A DNA stretch of 64,000 nt from an uncultured Melioribacter sp. (GCA_964432155.1 CAYSMF010000003.1:34108-98107); one strand, 5' to 3'. Counted from the stretch's first letter, positions 54,906 through 64,000 are shown. Notes: generated by a model from the letters alone, not told the origin. A program made the numbers and translations.

Positions 54906-55154
54906 ATGGAATGGTTCGATGCGTTTGAGGAGCTTATGACCTCCATCGACCGATATGTCGACGAACACGGGGCGCCGCCGCACGAAGTAGCGGTCTCGCC
55001 GCAGCTCTACGCGTGGTTGTCGGACATTCGACGGGAATCATCGCACCTGTCGGGGGAGGACCCGGGCGAATTGGCCGTAATTCCTACGGCCCACGGACCA
55101 GTTCGACTGGTCATCGATGAGGCGCTTTCGGCCTTCGAGATTGTGCCAAGCTAG
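54906..55154 (+). CDS. Hypothetical small protein
   Basis: 82 aa with strong G/C third-position bias consistent with coding. No recognisable motif. It lies directly upstream of tRNA-Arg. Confidence 0.4.
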   Translation: MEWFDAFEELMTSIDRYVDEHGAPPHEVAVSPQLYAWLSDIRRESSHLSGEDPGELAVIPTAHGPVRLVIDEALSAFEIVPS

Positions 55155-55197
55155 GCCGCCAGACAAAACGCAGTTCCTCCGTAACTTTCGTCCCTGA

Positions 55198-55271
55198 GCG
55201 CCCATAGCTCAGTTGGATAGAGCAGCAGCCTTCTAAGCTGCGGGTCGCAGGTTCGATTCCTGCTGGGCGCG
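55198..55271 (+). tRNA. tRNA-Arg (anticodon TCT)
   Basis: Manual cloverleaf: acceptor GCGCCCA/TGGGCGC, D-arm GCTC-AGTTGGATA-GAGC, anticodon arm GCAGC-CTTCTAA-GCTGC, T-arm GCAGG-TTCGATT-CCTGC, discriminator G. CCA is not encoded. Confidence 0.93.
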
Positions 55272-55303
55272 CGTTGTTTTTCTGCATACTTCCGAGGTCG
55301 AAC

Positions 55304-56587
55304 ATGGGCTACATGAGTGGGTTTGGCAACGATGTTGCCACCGAAGCCGTTGCCGGAGCGCTTCCCGATGGACGGAATTCGCCCCAGCAGCCAGCGTTTG
55401 GACTGTACGTTGAGCAAATCAATGGAACAGCCTTCACAGCGCCCCGAAATGCCAACAAACGGTCGTGGATGTACCGCATTCGCCCTTCGGTGGTGCACCG
55501 TCCGTACGAGCGCATCGACAATGGCTTGATCCGCTCGACGCCGTTCAACGAAGTTGAAACCACGCCAAATCAGCTCCGGTGGAGCCCCCTTCCAATCCCA
55601 GAGAAGCCAACGACGTTCATCGAGGGCATCGCAACAATGGCAGGCAGCGGGGATCTGACCACCCATACGGGTTCGGCGATCCACGTCTACGCGGCGAATA
55701 CGTCGATGACGTCGACGTTCTTCTACAACGCTGATGGCGAAATGTTGATCGTTCCGCAGCTTGGCTCGCTGCGCATTCTCACGGAAATGGGCATCGTGGA
55801 TGTCGATCCGCAGGAAATCTGTGTGATCCCTCGCGGTATCAAGTTCCGCGTGGAAGTGACTGGCCCAGTCCGTGGCTACATCTGCGAGAACTACGGAGCC
55901 CCGTTCCGTCTGCCGGATCTTGGTCCGATCGGCGCGAACGGACTTGCCTACCCGCGTGATTTCCTGATGCCGGAAGCGTGGTACGAAGAGCGTAACGAGA
56001 TGGTTGATGTGATTGCCAAGTTCCAAGGAAATCTCTGGAAGGGCGTCTATAACCACTCGCCGCTCAACGTTGTTGCATGGCACGGGAATTATGCTCCGTA
56101 CAAGTACGATCTCCGCAAGTTCCAGTGCATTAACACGGTGACGTTCGACCATCCAGATCCATCGATCTACACCGTACTCACGTCGCCGAGCGATACGCCG
56201 GGTACGGCTAACATCGACTTCGTGATCTTCCCTCCACGCTGGATGGTTGCTGAGAATACGTTCCGTCCACCATGGTTCCACCGTAACTTCATGAACGAGT
56301 ACATGGGCCTGATCGAAGGCGTGTACGATGCCAAGGAGGGCGGGGGATTCGTGCCAGGGGGCTCATCACTCCACAACTGCATGAGCGGACACGGTCCAGA
56401 CGCCGATACGTATGCGAAGGCAACGAAGGCTGAGCTCAAGCCGACGAAGATTGAGAACACCATGGCCTTCATGTTCGAAACACGATTTGTCTGCCGTCCA
56501 ACGTCATTTGCGATGGAATCGGGCGAATTACAACACGATTATTGGGAGTGCTGGCAAGGTCTCGTGCCCGAATTCAAAAAACCGTAG
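55304..56587 (+). CDS. hmgA: Homogentisate 1,2-dioxygenase
   Basis: [29 protein letters not shown]…, the typical HGD N-terminus, with the conserved cupin core. Start re-set to ATG 55304, downstream of the tRNA. Confidence 0.93.
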   Translation: MGYMSGFGNDVATEAVAGALPDGRNSPQQPAFGLYVEQINGTAFTAPRNANKRSWMYRIRPSVVHRPYERIDNGLIRSTPFNEVETTPNQLRWSPLPIPEKPTTFIEGIATMAGSGDLTTHTGSAIHVYAANTSMTSTFFYNADGEMLIVPQLGSLRILTEMGIVDVDPQEICVIPRGIKFRVEVTGPVRGYICENYGAPFRLPDLGPIGANGLAYPRDFLMPEAWYEERNEMVDVIAKFQGNLWKGVYNHSPLNVVAWHGNYAPYKYDLRKFQCINTVTFDHPDPSIYTVLTSPSDTPGTANIDFVIFPPRWMVAENTFRPPWFHRNFMNEYMGLIEGVYDAKEGGGFVPGGSSLHNCMSGHGPDADTYAKATKAELKPTKIENTMAFMFETRFVCRPTSFAMESGELQHDYWECWQGLVPEFKKP

Positions 56588-56595
56588 TATCTTTG
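56588..56595 (+). promoter_or_regulatory. Candidate -7 box TATCTTTG for ffs
   Basis: It starts immediately after the hmgA TAG stop, 25 nt upstream of the SRP RNA terminal helix. Confidence 0.5.
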
Positions 56596-56620
56596 CCACC
56601 CTACGAATGTGAATTTCACG

Positions 56621-56716
56621 GCCAAGTCCCGTGCGATTGTACTAGGCCCAACCCCGCCAGGTCCGGAAGGAAGCAACGGTCAGCATGTGTACAAGGCGCC
56701 ACGGTCAACTTGGCCT
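56621..56716 (+). ncRNA. ffs: Signal recognition particle RNA (small bacterial 4.5S type)
   Basis: A 96-nt hairpin closed by GGCCAAGT (56621-28) / ACTTGGCC (56709-16). It contains the universal domain IV sequence CCAGGTCCGGAAGGAAGCA with a GGAA tetraloop. A T-run follows and a TATCTTTG box lies 25 nt upstream. Confidence 0.85.
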
Positions 56717-56726
56717 TTTTTATTTC
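56709..56726 (+). terminator. 3' arm of the ffs terminal helix plus T-run
   Basis: ACTTGGCC followed by TTTTTTATTT. The rng ATG follows 2 nt later. Confidence 0.5.
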
Positions 56727-56728
56727 CC

Positions 56729-58324
56729 ATGGTTCGTCGAATTCTCATTAATTCCTCGGGTTCCCAATTCCGGATTGCTATCACGGAAGACGGAAAGCTT
56801 GTCGAGCTGTTCACCGAAGCGCCCGACACAGAACACCACGTAGGGAACATCTACCTCGGACGCGTTACCAAGATCGTCCAGGGGATGAATGCTGCCTTCG
56901 TTGATATCGGACTGGAGCAGGACGGATTCCTGCACTTCAGCGATGTTGACTCGACGATGGAGGATGTTGCCACGGATGACGACGACGACGATCGTCCACG
57001 GTCGACGACAGTCGATACGGCCGACGTCGCCCTTCGGACGTCAAAAACCGCAACGTCGAAGAAGCTCCCAACCTTTACAACAAAGCGAAGTGGCCAGATC
57101 ACGATCAACCTGCAGTCGAAGCAGATGGTGGTTGTGCAAGTCACACGCGAAGCCTATCAGTCGAAGGGTGTCCGCATTACCACGAAGGTCGGCCTGACAG
57201 GTCGTAACGTGGTGCTGCTGCCGTTCGAAGAAAACATCGGCATCTCCCGCAAGATCCAATCTGTCCGCGAGCGCAAGCGACTGCGCGCCTTGGCGCGTGA
57301 AGTTCTCCCTGAGGGCATGGGGTGCATCATTCGCACCGCCGCCTCCGGGCTGCCGTCGGATGATGTGCAGCGAGATTTCTCGACGCTGCTCGAGGACTGG
57401 CGCGAGATGGAAACAGAGATTCGCAATGCGAAGGGGCCAATCCTGCTGAAGCAGGAGGAGAACGTTGCCTACAGCGTACTGCGTGATCTCTTCAAGGATG
57501 ATGTCGACCAAGTAGTGATCGACGATCGTAAGGTCTTCCGCGAACTCAAAGCCTATGTACAGCGAACTGCTCCACATCTCGATGGGAAGCTGGAGTTCTT
57601 CGCCGACACACGTCCGATGTTCGATGTCTTTGGTGTCGAGCGCGATGTGCATCTGACGCATTCGCGACGCGTGCCACTGCAAAGCGGCGGTTACCTGATT
57701 ATCGACCATACCGAAGCGATGGTCGTGGTTGATGTTAACTCTGGTCGCGCTTCGAATCAGGGCTCGCAAGAAGCCAATGCCGTCAAGACGAATTTTGAAG
57801 CGATGCGCGAAGTGGCAAAGCAGCTACGTCTGCGTGACATTGGTGGAATGGTACTGGTCGACTTCATCGATATGCAGCAGGAAGACAATCGTCGCAAGCT
57901 GTATGCAGAGATGAAGAAGGAGCTGTCGCGCGATCGAGCAAAGACGATTGTGTATCCCATCACGCAGCTCGGCATCATGCAGATCACGCGTCAGCGTATT
58001 CGCCAAAGCATGGCCGAACGCACCAGCGAAGAATGTCCGTTCTGTCTTGGTACAGGACGTGTGATTTCTGCTGCAAGCACGGTGTCGTCGATCGATCGAT
58101 GGTTGCGAAACTATCGCGCTCGAACGTGGGGTATGCGTGTGACGATTGCAATGCATCCGTACATCATCCATTACATCGAACGCAACAAGGCGCAAACGCT
58201 GCGAAAGTGGCTCCGGTCGTACTTCATTTCCGTTACCTTGCGTGAAGACGAGCGCATCGAAGCTGGCGAGTTTCGCTGCTTCGCGGGCTCGGGCACAAAG
58301 GACATTACACGGCAGTATCAGTGA
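56729..58324 (+). CDS. rng: Ribonuclease E/G family (RNase G-like)
   Basis: MVRRILINSSGSQFRIAITEDGKLVELF…GNIYLGRVTKIVQGMNAAFVDIG (S1 domain) and …VDFIDM…. Start re-set to ATG 56729. The ORF-track extension runs through ffs. Confidence 0.9.
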   Translation: MVRRILINSSGSQFRIAITEDGKLVELFTEAPDTEHHVGNIYLGRVTKIVQGMNAAFVDIGLEQDGFLHFSDVDSTMEDVATDDDDDDRPRSTTVDTADVALRTSKTATSKKLPTFTTKRSGQITINLQSKQMVVVQVTREAYQSKGVRITTKVGLTGRNVVLLPFEENIGISRKIQSVRERKRLRALAREVLPEGMGCIIRTAASGLPSDDVQRDFSTLLEDWREMETEIRNAKGPILLKQEENVAYSVLRDLFKDDVDQVVIDDRKVFRELKAYVQRTAPHLDGKLEFFADTRPMFDVFGVERDVHLTHSRRVPLQSGGYLIIDHTEAMVVVDVNSGRASNQGSQEANAVKTNFEAMREVAKQLRLRDIGGMVLVDFIDMQQEDNRRKLYAEMKKELSRDRAKTIVYPITQLGIMQITRQRIRQSMAERTSEECPFCLGTGRVISAASTVSSIDRWLRNYRARTWGMRVTIAMHPYIIHYIERNKAQTLRKWLRSYFISVTLREDERIEAGEFRCFAGSGTKDITRQYQ

Positions 58325-59502
58325 CACACCAATCGCACCAACGAACGGTTACGATTCTCGGGTCGACGGGCTCCATCGGCAGTCAAGCACTCGATATCCT
58401 CTCGCGAACACCAGAGAATGTGCGTCTGCGTTGGATCACGTGTAATACGCGGTGGCAAGACTTGGTCCAACAGGTGCGAATACATGCGCCGTATGGCGTA
58501 GCGCTTCGCGAGGAGGCCGCATGGCGTGCATTCCGCGAATCATGCCCAGAGTTTACTGGTCCCGTGCTCTGTGGTGATGAAGGTATCTGTGAGGCTGCCG
58601 CCGATCCTGAGAATGATGTTGTGTTATCGGCAATGGTTGGCTTCAGCGGTGTTCTGCCAACGATGGCCGCGATCCGTGCTGGACACATTATCGGACTCGC
58701 GAATAAAGAATCGCTCGTTAGCGCAGGTAGCGTGCTTGTGCCAGCGCTGGCGCCACATGGCGCAACGCTTGTCGCTGTCGACTCGGAGCACAGTGCAATT
58801 CTGCAGTGCGTCGTCGGTGAACGACCAAGCGATGTTGCACGACTTGTGATTACGGCTTCGGGTGGACCTTTCCGCACGTTTACAAAAGAAGCAATGCAGG
58901 ATGTAACGCCAGCAATGGCGCTGCGTCACCCAAACTGGACGATGGGGGCGAAGATCACCATCGATTCCGCCACGCTGATGAACAAGGGATTCGAAGTCAT
59001 CGAAGCCCGATGGCTCTTCGATATGACGGCGGATGAGATTGATGTTGTGGTGCATCCACAATCGATCATTCACTCGATGGTTGAGTTCGTCGACGGATCG
59101 GTGAAGGCGCAGCTGGGACTGCCCACAATGCTGCTGCCGATTCACTACGCACTCACGTATCCGCATCGTGCGCCCCTTGACATTCCGCGCATGGATTTAG
59201 CGCAGATCGGTCAACTCACGTTTGAAGCGCCTGATATGGAGCGGTTCCCGTGTTTACGCATGGCCTATGATGCGATGCGTGCTGGCGGAACAGCGGGGGC
59301 AGTACTCAATGCCGCCAACGAAGTAGCAGTGGCAGCATTTCTCGAGGAGCGGATTCCGTTCCTTGACATCCCACGCACGATTGAGCATACGCTCGAACAC
59401 ATGGAACACGTCGATCATCCGTCATTGGACCAGATCGTAGCCATCGACGAGGAAGCTCGTCGCGTGGCACGTGCATTCACCGTACGAACACCAACTCGCT
59501 AA
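58321..59502 (+). CDS. dxr: 1-deoxy-D-xylulose 5-phosphate reductoisomerase
   Basis: ILGSTGSIGSQALD, …LANKESLV…, …DSEHSAI…, …HPNWTMGAKITIDSATLMNKG…. The GTG start overlaps the rng stop (GTGA). Confidence 0.95.
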   Translation: MTHQSHQRTVTILGSTGSIGSQALDILSRTPENVRLRWITCNTRWQDLVQQVRIHAPYGVALREEAAWRAFRESCPEFTGPVLCGDEGICEAAADPENDVVLSAMVGFSGVLPTMAAIRAGHIIGLANKESLVSAGSVLVPALAPHGATLVAVDSEHSAILQCVVGERPSDVARLVITASGGPFRTFTKEAMQDVTPAMALRHPNWTMGAKITIDSATLMNKGFEVIEARWLFDMTADEIDVVVHPQSIIHSMVEFVDGSVKAQLGLPTMLLPIHYALTYPHRAPLDIPRMDLAQIGQLTFEAPDMERFPCLRMAYDAMRAGGTAGAVLNAANEVAVAAFLEERIPFLDIPRTIEHTLEHMEHVDHPSLDQIVAIDEEARRVARAFTVRTPTR

Positions 59503-59510
59503 GCGATACC

Positions 59511-60878
59511 ATGGAATTTTTACAGTCAGCACTGGCTTTTATCGTCGTCATTGGCGTGCTCGTGTTCGTGCACGAGCTCGGACACTTTCTCGCGGCGATA
59601 TGGACAGGGATGCGCGCCGATGTGTTCGCGCTGGGTATGGGGCCGCGCGTCGTTGGTTGGAATCGAATCACAGGACTAACGTTCGGGAAGCTTCCGGACG
59701 ATGTCGTCCTTGGTGAGCACACCGACTACCGTCTGTGTGCTCTGCCGATTGGTGGGTATGTGAAGATTCTCGGTATGGTCGATGAATCGATGGACACCGA
59801 CTTTGCTGGTCAGCCACCGCAGCCGTACGAGTTTCGCTCAAAGAAGAATTGGCAAAAGGCGCTCGTTCTGAGTGCTGGCGTGATCATGAATTTCCTCCTC
59901 GCCATCGTGGTGTTTACCACATTCTTTCTCGTCGATGGTGAGATTACATGGAACACCACTCGAGTTGCGTATGTCGAACCGGCATCGGTGATGGCGAATG
60001 TGGGCGTGCAATCGGGAGACCGCATTGTGGCGATCGATACGTCGTCGGTTGACACATGGCAAGAAGTTGAGCGCAATCTCACACTGTCGTCGGCAACTGG
60101 TCAGCGATTCATGATTGTTGAGCGCAATGGCGACCGCGTGACGTTGCCGTTTGCAGCGGGTGATGTTATGCGCGCGATGACGGAGAAGAAGGGGCTTGGC
60201 ATCTCTCCATCCGATGTGCGCGTGAGTATGGGCAATGTGATCACGCTTGGTCCTGCGGGATCTGCGGGTGTGCAGATGGGCGATGTGGTGCTTGCTGTTG
60301 ACTCAACACCAGTGCGCGCGTTGCCGCAGTTTCAGTCGTACATCAAGGCGCATGCTGGTAAGACGATCCGCATGCACATTGATCGCGACGGACAACCACG
60401 TCCACTCGATGTGAAGGTGAATGCTGATGGCAAGATCATGGTTGAGTTGCGCGGAGAGTATGTCGGACCCGAGAGTCGCTTGACGTATGGTCCGATCGAT
60501 GCAGTCTCCCGTGGTGTTCAGCAAACTGGCGCGACAATCATGATGATCGGAACGTCCGTGGCACACATCGTGAACGGATCGGTCGGTGTTCGTGAGAGTT
60601 TCGGCGGACCAATTCGCATCGCCGAAATGGCCGGACAAAGCAGTGAGCGTGGCTTGCGAGATTTCATCGCGTTTATGGCGCTGATCTCCATTTCGCTCGG
60701 GGTGATGAATCTTCTTCCGCTTCCGGGGTTGGATGGCGGACACCTTGTGTTTGTCGGCATTGAATCGATTATTCGTCGTGAAATACCAACAACCGTCAAG
60801 ATGCGATTCCAGCAAGTTGGAATCGCACTGCTTCTGCTCTTGATGGTCTTCGTGTTTTACCTCGATCTCACGCGCTAA
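59511..60878 (+). CDS. rseP: Site-2 (RIP) zinc metalloprotease RseP, M50 family
   Basis: HELGHF zinc motif in TM1, PDZ region, and C-terminal …NLLPLPGLDGGH…. Confidence 0.92.
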   Translation: MEFLQSALAFIVVIGVLVFVHELGHFLAAIWTGMRADVFALGMGPRVVGWNRITGLTFGKLPDDVVLGEHTDYRLCALPIGGYVKILGMVDESMDTDFAGQPPQPYEFRSKKNWQKALVLSAGVIMNFLLAIVVFTTFFLVDGEITWNTTRVAYVEPASVMANVGVQSGDRIVAIDTSSVDTWQEVERNLTLSSATGQRFMIVERNGDRVTLPFAAGDVMRAMTEKKGLGISPSDVRVSMGNVITLGPAGSAGVQMGDVVLAVDSTPVRALPQFQSYIKAHAGKTIRMHIDRDGQPRPLDVKVNADGKIMVELRGEYVGPESRLTYGPIDAVSRGVQQTGATIMMIGTSVAHIVNGSVGVRESFGGPIRIAEMAGQSSERGLRDFIAFMALISISLGVMNLLPLPGLDGGHLVFVGIESIIRREIPTTVKMRFQQVGIALLLLLMVFVFYLDLTR

Positions 60879-60891
60879 TCAAGGGGCACGA

Positions 60892-61650
60892 ATGCGCATT
60901 CTCGTTACGAACGACGACGGGATCACGTCGGGAGGAATTCAAGCGCTCACCGCAGCGATGGCACGTCTGGGCGAAGTGATGGTGGTAGCACCAGATCGTC
61001 AACAGAGCGCCGTCGGACATGCGCTTACCGTGGCAAGTCCGCTGCGCGCAGTCAAGATGCAGCGAGAGCATGCATCGATCGCCTACGCCGTGAACGGTAC
61101 ACCGGCCGACTGCGTGAAACTCGGCGTAAGCACGCTGTTGCCACATCGTCCAGACATCGTTGTTAGTGGCATCAACCACGGATCTAACACCAGCGTTAAT
61201 GCGATATACTCTGGCACAGTGAGTGCCGCTACGGAAGGCACGCTGATGGGCATTCCTTCCATGGCAGTGTCGCTCGCAACGTTCGACGCTGCGGCCGATA
61301 TGTCGCTTGCCGCAGAGGTGGCCTTCGATGTCGCATCTCGTCTTCTCGACCTTAAGCTACCAGCTGGCACATTGCTCAATGTGAATGTCCCGGCTATTGA
61401 TCGCGCGAACTATCGCGGTATGAAGGTCACCCGTCAGGGGCACAATGCATGGAAGGATGGCTACGATGTGCGGAAGGATCCTCAGGGACATTCGTATTAC
61501 TGGCTCACGGGGGAGTTCATCACGTTGTCCGAGCAGGAAGATGGTGACGACTTTGCCGTTCAGCAGGGCTGGACAGCCGTCACGCCGATCCATTATGAGC
61601 TGACGAATGTTGCCGAGCTCAACCGCCTCAAAGGTCTCTTTGAGCATTGA
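60892..61650 (+). CDS. surE: 5'/3'-nucleotidase SurE
   Basis: MRILVTNDDGI…, …GINHGSN…, …YSGTVSAATEG…. Confidence 0.95.
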   Translation: MRILVTNDDGITSGGIQALTAAMARLGEVMVVAPDRQQSAVGHALTVASPLRAVKMQREHASIAYAVNGTPADCVKLGVSTLLPHRPDIVVSGINHGSNTSVNAIYSGTVSAATEGTLMGIPSMAVSLATFDAAADMSLAAEVAFDVASRLLDLKLPAGTLLNVNVPAIDRANYRGMKVTRQGHNAWKDGYDVRKDPQGHSYYWLTGEFITLSEQEDGDDFAVQQGWTAVTPIHYELTNVAELNRLKGLFEH

Positions 61651-62528
61651 GTTGCACATCTTTGCACGAGTACCACTGCGAGACACCTGTGAAGTCAACG
61701 ATCAACAAGAAGCTCCTCGAAGACATTGATGCGCATGCAAAGCATCTGCGCTTCATCTATCGTATCAAGGGTTTTGGATATGAGCGCGCCATCGAATTGC
61801 CGCTCATTGCCGAGAAGCTTCAGCCGCTGTTTGACAAAAAGCTCCGCTACCTCGACATCGGCACCGGTCCGTCGATCTTTCCGTCGTGGATCGCCAAGCG
61901 CACGCAATGGGATGTGACATGTCTTGACAAGTTCACATGGGTCGAGAAGCAGCACGAATACGCTCGCAAGCTCGGTCTGGATACATCGCGCTTCCACGTG
62001 ATGGTGCACGACTTCCTCGACGTTGAGCTCGAGCCGGAATCATTTGACGTGATCACGAACATCAGCGTGATCGAACACTTCGAAGGACGTCTCGATGAAG
62101 TCGCGATGGCGAAGAGTTCGCGACTGTTGAAGCCAGGGGGCGTCTATGTGCTTACCACGCCGCTCAATGAAGGATATGCACGCGATTGGTTTGTCAAGCA
62201 AGACGTCTACGGCGAATCGTACACGTCAGAGCCGGTCTTCTTCCAGCGTCACTACGATGTAGCGTCGTTCAACCAGCGCATTGTTGCTGCCTCTGGCCTC
62301 ACAGAGCGCGAGCGTGTGTACTTCGGTGATTACGACGAGCCGTTCTTCAACGATCATATCGTCGAGCAACATGGCTTGCGGAAGATCGGACGTACGCTGT
62401 TGCAAATGCAGACCGTCAAGCATGCACTCAAGCACGGAAGCTATCGTGATGTTCCTGTGTCGATGCCTGGGATGAAGATCTACACCTCGGCGGGTGTATG
62501 CACTGTGCTCACGAAGCCGTCACACTAG
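61647..62528 (+). CDS. Class I SAM-dependent methyltransferase
   Basis: Motif I LRYLDIGTGPS, …FDVITNISVIEHF… and …LKPGGVYVLTTP. There is no in-frame ATG near the 5' end. The start is TTG 61647 (overlapping the surE stop) or GTG 61689. Confidence 0.7.
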   Translation: MSCTSLHEYHCETPVKSTINKKLLEDIDAHAKHLRFIYRIKGFGYERAIELPLIAEKLQPLFDKKLRYLDIGTGPSIFPSWIAKRTQWDVTCLDKFTWVEKQHEYARKLGLDTSRFHVMVHDFLDVELEPESFDVITNISVIEHFEGRLDEVAMAKSSRLLKPGGVYVLTTPLNEGYARDWFVKQDVYGESYTSEPVFFQRHYDVASFNQRIVAASGLTERERVYFGDYDEPFFNDHIVEQHGLRKIGRTLLQMQTVKHALKHGSYRDVPVSMPGMKIYTSAGVCTVLTKPSH

Positions 62529-63554
62529 GACGCGTTCGTACAGATTGATGATCCGTTGCACAGCATCGCGATGTGCGGGGATGGCTGGTGGCATGGAGCC
62601 GCGGCGGACATCCTGAATCGATTGCTGAATCGTTGTCGCAAGCGATTGCGCATCGGCGTTCGCGAAGAGGCGAGTGCCGTCTGGACGTGGAACGGCATCC
62701 GATGCGATAGCCCAGCGTCCTACTTCAAGAGCCTCTTGCACGGTAAGCGACGCACCACCCTCGGTACGCGTTGGGCGAACAACGATGTGTGCATCCTGCA
62801 CAAGCGGCGCGAGAGGTCCGTTGTGGTCGCGTAGAATCCATATGCGCGCATCGCGTTCGGCCTGTGCTTGGAGTTGCGACCACAATTCCGCGTCGACCAC
62901 ATCACCAATCGCAATGCAGAGGCTTACGTCAGGATCGGCGATGCGTTGCATCGCATCGATCAACACATCGATCCCATACAGATCTTGTCCGTTGTAGCGA
63001 ACAACACGACCGGCATTCGCCAGCATGCGAACCGATGCAGTGCGCCAACGCTCTGGCAAGCCTAGAGGACGTTGTGCGTTGCACTCCCATGCGCTTATCG
63101 GTAGTGCCGAGGGGATAATGCGTGTGCGCTTGTGATACACGCCGAGGCGTTGCTCAAGATCACTGACAACCTCGTTGCTGATGCCAATCACTGCTGCCGC
63201 ATGGGTGTACGCGGAGGCAAGTTGCGCACGCACGCGCGCGTCGGCGAACTCTGGTCGATCACGAAATGAATGCACGGTGACAACGTATGGTGTGCGCGTC
63301 GTGCGCCACAGCCGAGACAGAAGCCGCATCCAGCGATGGTTGCCCTCGTCGGTATGGTAGTGGACGAGCGTGCGCGACAGGGCGAAGCTTACACCCAATT
63401 TCTCAACGTGATCCACTCCGTCGGGAACTCCACCCAATGATACACCGCGGGCATCGATGCCTGCAGTGCGCAGTCCTTCAAGTAGACGGACGCAGTGCAG
63501 TGCAACACCTCCAAAAGGGGGAGGGAATGGTCCGATAATGCGAACCTTATCCAC
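62520..63554 (-). CDS. Glycosyltransferase (GT4/GT1-like, GT-B fold)
   Basis: N-terminal IIGPFPPPFGGV, C-terminal …VRPTRTEGGASLTVQEALEVG (EX7E-like). GTG start. The 3' end overlaps the convergent methyltransferase by 9 nt. Confidence 0.75.
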   Translation of the reverse strand: MDKVRIIGPFPPPFGGVALHCVRLLEGLRTAGIDARGVSLGGVPDGVDHVEKLGVSFALSRTLVHYHTDEGNHRWMRLLSRLWRTTRTPYVVTVHSFRDRPEFADARVRAQLASAYTHAAAVIGISNEVVSDLEQRLGVYHKRTRIIPSALPISAWECNAQRPLGLPERWRTASVRMLANAGRVVRYNGQDLYGIDVLIDAMQRIADPDVSLCIAIGDVVDAELWSQLQAQAERDARIWILRDHNGPLAPLVQDAHIVVRPTRTEGGASLTVQEALEVGRWAIASDAVPRPDGTRLFANADAQSLATTIQQSIQDVRRGSMPPAIPAHRDAVQRIINLYERVLV

Positions 63555-64000
63555 GCGCCGTCATCACGAGCCAGCTCTGACGATAGAGTCGTGGCTCTTC
63601 GAATGCGCGATTCAAATCGATCGGACGAACGGAGAGTCGCTTTACAAGGTCCTGATCGATGTCGTCAAGAAGACGTGGGCGGGCATCAATCTTCTCGATG
63701 TTGTGTGTCGCAGAGAAGCGCTGAATCAGCGTGGTAGTGACGTTCGGAACGAAGAGGTCGTGGCACTCCACGATAATATCGTACGTGCCCAAGTGTGCAA
63801 GGTTCTCTGGCTTGAGAAGTTCCATCTCAAAGCCTTCGCAGTCGGAGAACACCAGCGTACGACCTGTTGTCTGGACTGAACGCATTTCCTCAACAGTGCA
63901 GAGGTCGCGAAGCTCAATGCGCTCGCGAACCTTGTTGAGCTCTGCAACCTGGCGTGTGATGTCCTTCCACCATGGATCCATTTCCCACGCGATAACACGG
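63547..64000 (-). CDS. Partial ORF (5' end beyond the window), possibly FkbM-like methyltransferase
   Basis: The frame stays open past ATG 63981 to the window edge. …TLVFSDCEGFEMELL… weakly resembles the FkbM motif (K.D.EG.E..vL). The stop overlaps the glycosyltransferase start by 8 nt. Confidence 0.35.
   Translation of the reverse strand, partial: RVIAWEMDPWWKDITRQVAELNKVRERIELRDLCTVEEMRSVQTTGRTLVFSDCEGFEMELLKPENLAHLGTYDIIVECHDLFVPNVTTTLIQRFSATHNIEKIDARPRLLDDIDQDLVKRLSVRPIDLNRAFEEPRLYRQSWLVMTARG

Noticed and set aside
55155-55303. tRNA-Arg as an integration site for a mobile element or genomic island.
   Set aside because: There is no integrase, excisionase or phage/plasmid gene on either side. 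I did not notice a direct repeat of the tRNA 3' end in the neighbouring sequence. The flanking genes are rpsA and hmgA.
56609-56728. N-terminal 40 codons of ORF 56609-58324 (MNFTAKSRAIVLGPTPPGPEG…).
   Set aside because: This stretch is the SRP RNA hairpin, including the GGAA tetraloop region. The conserved RNase G N-terminus (MVRRILINS…) begins at ATG 56729.
1-64000. CRISPR arrays, transposases/IS elements, retron or DGR-like repeats, and rRNA genes.
   Set aside because: Reading both strands, I found no regularly spaced direct repeats, no transposase, integrase or reverse-transcriptase-like ORF, and no rRNA-like sequence. Intergenic space is almost fully accounted for by promoters, hairpins, one tRNA and ffs.

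Overview
The window is a gene-dense, mostly housekeeping chromosomal segment with moderately high GC by eye. I support about 60 protein genes, one tRNA-Arg(TCT) and the small SRP RNA (ffs). The gene content and the promoter motifs point to the FCB group (Bacteroidota / Ignavibacteriota / Chlorobiota-like). The supporting genes are an archaeal-type ProRS, a DUF5103/T9SS-plug-like protein, BamD, SurA/PpiD-type chaperones and a long S1 protein. The promoter evidence is repeated TAnnTTTG boxes.

Clearly recognisable genes include lepA with two lepB copies and hemW, proS, ruvB, bamD, era, murC, a mazEF toxin-antitoxin pair, asd, a GDP-mannose pyrophosphorylase, hutI, cysS, rpe, trpS, uvrD/pcrA, ribE, purH, folC, rpsA, hmgA, rng, dxr, rseP and surE. 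An AddB-like Fe-S nuclease and a Lon-like protease are also clear. A glycosyltransferase/methyltransferase cluster runs off the right edge.

I found no CRISPR array, transposase, integrase or large repeat, and no self-contained defence-island-like system.

The observations most worth a second look are:
1. A Bacteroidota-type -7 box lies only 3-5 nt from many start codons. This implies widespread leaderless mRNAs and very compact back-to-back divergent promoters.
2. A PAS domain is fused to a MenA/UbiA prenyltransferase.
3. A translationally coupled operon encodes a large outer-membrane beta-barrel, an orphan RsbW-like serine kinase and an M28 peptidase. It lies opposite a REC-histidine kinase.
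4. An orphan AddB-like nuclease overlaps a Lon-like protease whose Walker A motif is degenerate.
5. ffs lies directly in front of rng with no intervening promoter.

Many ORF-track starts are 5' over-extensions. I re-set them using neighbouring stop codons, signal peptides and promoter boxes. All functional calls come from reading motifs in the translations, with no database search, and start coordinates are less certain than stop coordinates.
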